This document shows, piece by piece, positions 59,579-64,000 of a stretch of DNA of 64,000 bases. Numbering within the stretch: the first letter of the stretch is position 1; each line of letters opens with the position of its first letter. The notes under the pieces are model-generated. The model searched no databases and was not told where the DNA came from. It worked only from the letters and a program-made list of their open reading frames with translations. The DNA is taken from the NCBI GenBank assembly GCA_965228875.1, contig OZ245843.1, positions 912,616 through 976,615 on the forward strand, given 5' to 3'. The DNA comes from Thalassobaculaceae bacterium (GTDB lineage Bacteria; Pseudomonadota; Alphaproteobacteria; Thalassobaculales; Thalassobaculaceae). The position numbers were made by a program, and so were the translations under genes.

Positions 59579-60319
59579 ATGGTGGATGCCGCACCCTCCA
59601 CCGGCGCCGGAGAGACGGCGGCCGGCCTGCACGTCGCGATCATCATGGACGGCAATGGTCGCTGGGCACGAGCTCGCGGCATGCCGCGCACCTTCGGCCA
59701 TCGCGAGGGCGTGAAAGCCGTCCGCCGCGTAGTGAATTGCGCCCCGGAACTGGGTGTCACCCACCTGACCCTGTTCGGGTTCTCGTCGGAGAACTGGAGC
59801 CGGCCGCAGGATGAGGTGACCGAGCTCATGAACATCCTGCGCTTCTACCTGCGGCGCGAGGTGGCGGAGCTGCACAGGAACAACGTTCGCATCCGCATGC
59901 TGGGGGATCGGGCGCGCCTCTCGGCCGACATCGTCGCGCTGATCGACAATGCCGAACAGCTGACCGCGGCGAATACCGGGCTCGGCCTCAACATCGCATT
60001 GAGCTACGGCGCTCGGGGCGAGATCGTCAACGCGGTCCGGCGGATCGCCGCCTCGGTCGCGGCGGGCGACCTCTCGGCCGAGGCGATCGACGAAGAGACG
60101 GTCCTGACCAACCTGGAGACCGATGGCCTGCCGGATCCCGACCTGCTGATTCGGACCAGCGGCGAAAAGCGGATCTCCAATTTCCTGCTCTGGCAGATCG
60201 CCTACGCCGAGCTGATCTTCACCGACACTTTGTGGCCGGACTTCGACCGGGAACATCTGGTGGAGGCGCTGGCCGAGTTCTCGCGGCGCGACCGGCGATT
60301 CGGCCGGGCGACCGGGTGA
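59579..60319 (+). CDS. uppS: Undecaprenyl diphosphate synthase
   Basis: Motifs HVAIIMDGNGRWA, FSSENW and RTSGEKRISNFLLWQ. Confidence 0.96.
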   Translation: MVDAAPSTGAGETAAGLHVAIIMDGNGRWARARGMPRTFGHREGVKAVRRVVNCAPELGVTHLTLFGFSSENWSRPQDEVTELMNILRFYLRREVAELHRNNVRIRMLGDRARLSADIVALIDNAEQLTAANTGLGLNIALSYGARGEIVNAVRRIAASVAAGDLSAEAIDEETVLTNLETDGLPDPDLLIRTSGEKRISNFLLWQIAYAELIFTDTLWPDFDREHLVEALAEFSRRDRRFGRATG

Positions 60320-60328
60320 TCGGCCCTC

Positions 60329-61198
60329 GTGAGCGCGGGCAACGATAGTGGATCCGACCCCGCACAGGGCGGCGCAACTCGCGGCGCATCACGTGGTGGC
60401 GACCTGCGTCGGCGGATCCTGTCGTCGCTGGTCCTGGTTCCGGCTGCCGGACTGCTGATCTTCACCGGGGGCGTCGCCTTCGACGTCGGCATCCTTGCGA
60501 TCGCCGGTGTCATGGCCTGGGAGTGGGGAGCCCTTATCGCGGCCCCCTCGGACCGCGATCGTACCCGTGCGGTGCTCGTCGCCGCACTCCTGGTCTCGTT
60601 CTCTGTGGCGGTCCTTGTCCATCTGCCGGCCGGCATCGCCTGCGCGGCGGTGACGGTACCGATCTCGGTGCTGGTCGCCCACCAGCTCCGGGTTGTCGGG
60701 CCGGTCTGGCTCGGCGTGGCGGTGGCCGGGACGGTGTTTCCGGCGCTCGCCCTGGTGTGGATGCGCTCGCACATCGAGTTCGGGCTGGAAACGGTGATCT
60801 ACGTTATCGCCAGCGTCGTGCTGACCGACATTGGAGCCTACGCCGCCGGCCGCACCATCGGCGGTCCGAAGCTGATGCCGAAGGTGAGCCCGTCGAAGAC
60901 CTGGGCCGGTCTGGGCGGCGGCATGGCCGGCTCGATGGCGGTGGCGGCGGTCTTCGCCGCGCTCCTGCCCGAGGCCCGCCTTGCGGCACTGGTGCCGCTG
61001 GCGATGGCGATCGCGGTTATCGCCCAGGCCGGCGACCTGTTGGAGTCGGCGGTCAAGCGGCACTTCAAGGTGAAGGACTCCGGCAGCCTAATTCCCGGCC
61101 ATGGCGGTATCCTGGACCGGGTGGACGGCCAGATGACGGTGCTGCCGGTGGTGGCTCTCGCCATGTGGGTGAGCGGAAGGAGCGTTCTGCAATGGTAG
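60329..61198 (+). CDS. cdsA: Phosphatidate cytidylyltransferase
   Basis: Motifs D.GAY..G, SPSKTW.G, GDL.ES..KR and KDSG.LIPGHGG.LDR.D. Confidence 0.95.
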   Translation: MSAGNDSGSDPAQGGATRGASRGGDLRRRILSSLVLVPAAGLLIFTGGVAFDVGILAIAGVMAWEWGALIAAPSDRDRTRAVLVAALLVSFSVAVLVHLPAGIACAAVTVPISVLVAHQLRVVGPVWLGVAVAGTVFPALALVWMRSHIEFGLETVIYVIASVVLTDIGAYAAGRTIGGPKLMPKVSPSKTWAGLGGGMAGSMAVAAVFAALLPEARLAALVPLAMAIAVIAQAGDLLESAVKRHFKVKDSGSLIPGHGGILDRVDGQMTVLPVVALAMWVSGRSVLQW

Positions 61199-62433
61199 AC
61201 GCGGCGCAGGACCTCGAAGGCCCGGATGTCGTGACGCCGTCTGCCACCCGGCGCGTCAGTATCCTTGGATCCACGGGCTCGGTCGGCACCAACACCATCG
61301 ATCTTGTCCGGCGCGCGCCGGACAGCTTCGCCGTCGAGGCGCTCGCCGGCGGGAGCAACGCCGCCCTCTTGGCCGAGCAGGCCAAGGCCGTCGGCGCATC
61401 CTTCGTGGCGATCGCCGATACTTCCAGGTGGTCCATCTTGCGCGAGGCGCTTTCCGGAACCGGGATCGAGGCCGCGGCCGGACACGAGGCGGTTCTCGAA
61501 GCCGCGCGCAGACCGTCCGACTGGACGATGGCGTCGATCGTCGGAGCGGCCGGTCTCGCGCCGACACTGGAGGCGGTGCGTCGCGGCGGGATTGTCGCGC
61601 TCGCCAACAAGGAGGCGCTTGTCTGTGCCGGCGATCTGTTCACCGAGGAGGCGCGGCGCGCCGGGTGCCGGATCCTGCCGGTCGACAGCGAGCACAATGC
61701 GATCTACCAGGTGTTCGACGCGGAGCGGCGGCCGGGCATCGACCGTATCGTTCTTACCGCTTCCGGCGGACCGTTCCGGACCCTGAGCCGTCAGGAGATG
61801 GCCCGCAAGACGCCGGCCGAGGCTGTCGCACATCCGAATTGGTCCATGGGCACCAAGATCTCGATCGACAGCGCGACCATGATGAACAAGGGTCTCGAAC
61901 TGATCGAGGCGCACCATCTGTTCAACCTGCCGGAGGGACGGATCGACGTTCTGGTGCATCCGCAGTCGGTGGTGCACAGCATGGTAACCTACATCGACGG
62001 CTCCGTGCTCGCCCAGCTCGGCTCGCCGGACATGCGGACGCCGATCGCCTACTGTCTTGCCTGGCCAGAAAGGATGGCCACGCCGGTCGAACGGCTCGAT
62101 CTCGCCGCCATCGGCCAGCTCGGCTTCTTCGCCCCCGACGCGGAGCGGTTCCCGGCCCTCGATCTCGCGCGCGGGGCGTTGCGGGCCGGTGGCGACGCGG
62201 CACCGGTGCTGAACGCCGCCAACGAGGCCGCCGTCGAGGCGTTTCTCGCCGGCCGGATCGGATTCACCGACATTGCCGCCGTGGTCGCCGAGACGCTGGA
62301 CCGCTGCCCGACCGCCGCCCTGGTCGCCCTGGAGGACGTCTTCGAGGCCGATGGCCGGGGACGGCGGACGGCGGAGACGGTCATCGACGGGCTCGGCGGC
62401 CCGTCCATTGCGCCGGCTCGGGCGGCGAACTAA
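61192..62433 (+). CDS. dxr: 1-deoxy-D-xylulose-5-phosphate reductoisomerase
   Basis: Motifs LGSTGS.G, LANKE, PVDSEH, TASGGPF, HPNWSMG.KI.IDSA and NAANE. Confidence 0.97.
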   Translation: MVDAAQDLEGPDVVTPSATRRVSILGSTGSVGTNTIDLVRRAPDSFAVEALAGGSNAALLAEQAKAVGASFVAIADTSRWSILREALSGTGIEAAAGHEAVLEAARRPSDWTMASIVGAAGLAPTLEAVRRGGIVALANKEALVCAGDLFTEEARRAGCRILPVDSEHNAIYQVFDAERRPGIDRIVLTASGGPFRTLSRQEMARKTPAEAVAHPNWSMGTKISIDSATMMNKGLELIEAHHLFNLPEGRIDVLVHPQSVVHSMVTYIDGSVLAQLGSPDMRTPIAYCLAWPERMATPVERLDLAAIGQLGFFAPDAERFPALDLARGALRAGGDAAPVLNAANEAAVEAFLAGRIGFTDIAAVVAETLDRCPTAALVALEDVFEADGRGRRTAETVIDGLGGPSIAPARAAN

Positions 62434-62479
62434 GTTCCCGGAACCGGGCGGGGGAACGCTTGGAGGACATAGACTTCGC

Positions 62480-63607
62480 ATGATCGACATTCTTGCCGAC
62501 TACGCCTTGCCGTTTCTCGTCATTCTGACGGTCCTGGTCTTTGTGCACGAGTGGGGACACTACATCGTCGCCCGGCGCAATGGCGTGCGGGTCGAGGTCT
62601 TCGCCATCGGTTTCGGGCCGGAGCTGTTCGGCTGGAACGCCCGCACCGGGACCCGCTGGAAGGTCTGCGCGATCCCGCTGGGCGGCTACGTCAAGATGTT
62701 CGGCGATGCCGACCCCGCCAGTGCCGGTGCGGCCGACGACAGCGGGTTCACCGAGGCCGAGCGGCAGGAATCGTTCCACCACAAGAGCCTGGGGGCGCGG
62801 GCGGCGATCGTTGCGGCGGGGCCGCTTGCCAACTTCCTGTTCGCCATCCTGGTTCTGACCGGGCTCTACATGATCGAGGGCCGCCCCTATGCGCCGGCGG
62901 TCATCGACGCTGTCATGGAGCAGTCGGCGGCCGAGCGGGCCGGCCTGCAGATCGAGGATCGGATCACCCGCGCCGACGACCAGCAGATCGACCGGTTCTC
63001 GGATCTCAGCCGGATCGTCTTCGAGAGACCGGGCGAGCCGATCCTGCTTGAGGTCGAGCGCGACGGCGCGTTGCGGGAGATCACGGTGACGCCGGATCCC
63101 GTGACCGAAACCGACCGGTTCGGCAATGAAGTCACCTTCGGTCGCCTCGGCATCCAGTCAAACCGGATGACGGTCGAGCGTCTCGATCCGCTTAACGCGG
63201 TGATGGTGGCGACGGCGGAAACCGGGACCATCATTCAGCAGACCCTCGACGCCGTCGGCGAGATGCTGATCGGCGTACGCGGCACCGAGGAACTCGGCGG
63301 CCCGCTGCGGATCGCCGAGATGTCCGGGACCGTGGCTCAGAGCGGGCTGGTGATGACGCTGTGGTTCACCGCCGTCCTCTCGGTGAACCTGGGGCTCATC
63401 AACCTGTTTCCGGTGCCGATTCTGGACGGTGGCCATCTGATGTTCTACGCCCTGGAGGCGGTGCGCGGACGCCCGCTCGGCGAGAGGGCCCAGGAGTGGG
63501 CGTCGATCGCCGGCCTCAGCATGGTGGTCATGCTGATGCTGTTCGTGACGTGGAACGACCTGATGCGGTTCGACATCGTCGGCTACCTTGGCTCGCTGAT
63601 CGGTTAA
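62480..63607 (+). CDS. rseP: RIP metalloprotease RseP
   Basis: HEWGH, PLGGYVKM, a PDZ domain and NLFPVPILDGGH. Confidence 0.95.
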   Translation: MIDILADYALPFLVILTVLVFVHEWGHYIVARRNGVRVEVFAIGFGPELFGWNARTGTRWKVCAIPLGGYVKMFGDADPASAGAADDSGFTEAERQESFHHKSLGARAAIVAAGPLANFLFAILVLTGLYMIEGRPYAPAVIDAVMEQSAAERAGLQIEDRITRADDQQIDRFSDLSRIVFERPGEPILLEVERDGALREITVTPDPVTETDRFGNEVTFGRLGIQSNRMTVERLDPLNAVMVATAETGTIIQQTLDAVGEMLIGVRGTEELGGPLRIAEMSGTVAQSGLVMTLWFTAVLSVNLGLINLFPVPILDGGHLMFYALEAVRGRPLGERAQEWASIAGLSMVVMLMLFVTWNDLMRFDIVGYLGSLIG

Positions 63608-63741
63608 CTGCCTCGACTATCTGCGGTTTCCCCGGCCCGATTGCGACGGTATAGTCGCCCGCCCGGGAAGCCTGCGGGGCGTATGTTCGTGGGGACCGGC
63701 GCTGGCCGGCGGGATGCTGACTTGACCACTGGGGACCGACC

Positions 63742-64000
63742 TTGCCCATACGATTGAACCGGTTGCTTCAGGTGGTCGCGCTGGCCATGGCTGTCGTCCT
63801 GCTGGCGCCCGACCGGGCGGCGGCGCAGTCTTTGGGGACTGTGACCGACATCGAGGTCCAGGGAACCCAGCGCATCGACCCGGCCACGGTGCGCTCCTAT
63901 CTGCTGGTTCAACCCGGAGACCGGTTCGATTCGGACCGGCTCGATCGCTCGCTCAAGGCGCTGTTCGCGACCGGCCTGTTCGCTGACGTGACCATGCGCC
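63742..64000 (+). CDS. bamA: Outer membrane protein assembly factor BamA (5' fragment, runs off the window)
   Basis: Signal peptide, then POTRA1 DIEVQGTQRIDPATVRSYL...SLKALFATGLFADV. Canonical position after rseP. TTG start follows GGGGA. Confidence 0.9.
   Translation, partial: MPIRLNRLLQVVALAMAVVLLAPDRAAAQSLGTVTDIEVQGTQRIDPATVRSYLLVQPGDRFDSDRLDRSLKALFATGLFADVTMR

Noticed and set aside
56384..64000. rpsB-tsf-pyrH-frr-uppS-cdsA-dxr-rseP-bamA block as a novel system
   Set aside because: This is a canonical conserved cluster with no inserted genes.

Overview
High-GC chromosomal window with no integrase, transposase, phage gene or CRISPR array. Gene content and order point to an alphaproteobacterium, probably Rhodospirillales (inference). 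The core blocks are hom-glpX-recJ, hemB, a valine-catabolism operon, ldtR-like/proS-lolC/E-lolD, dnaE and rpsB-tsf-pyrH-frr-uppS-cdsA-dxr-rseP-bamA (truncated at the window end). Accessory loci include an orphan MCP, a TAXI-TRAP transporter with an MlrC/M81 peptidase, and a putative operon of phaC, three MycE-like O-methyltransferases and hutF. There are also two tandem tRNA-Glu genes (TTC and CTC) followed by a small exported protein and a serralysin-like RTX protease, a SprA-related protein near an orphan FlgC-like gene, a coxD-coxE-xdhC-xdhC-mocA-sufU-like maturation operon with no catalytic subunits, and a two-module pentapeptide-repeat protein behind a perfect CtrA-type box. The best candidates for undescribed biology are the phaC-coupled methyltransferase triplet, the CtrA-boxed pentapeptide protein divergent from dnaE, and the protease with its upstream partner. 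All calls come from motif recognition by eye, with no database search, and several start codons were re-chosen using RBS context.
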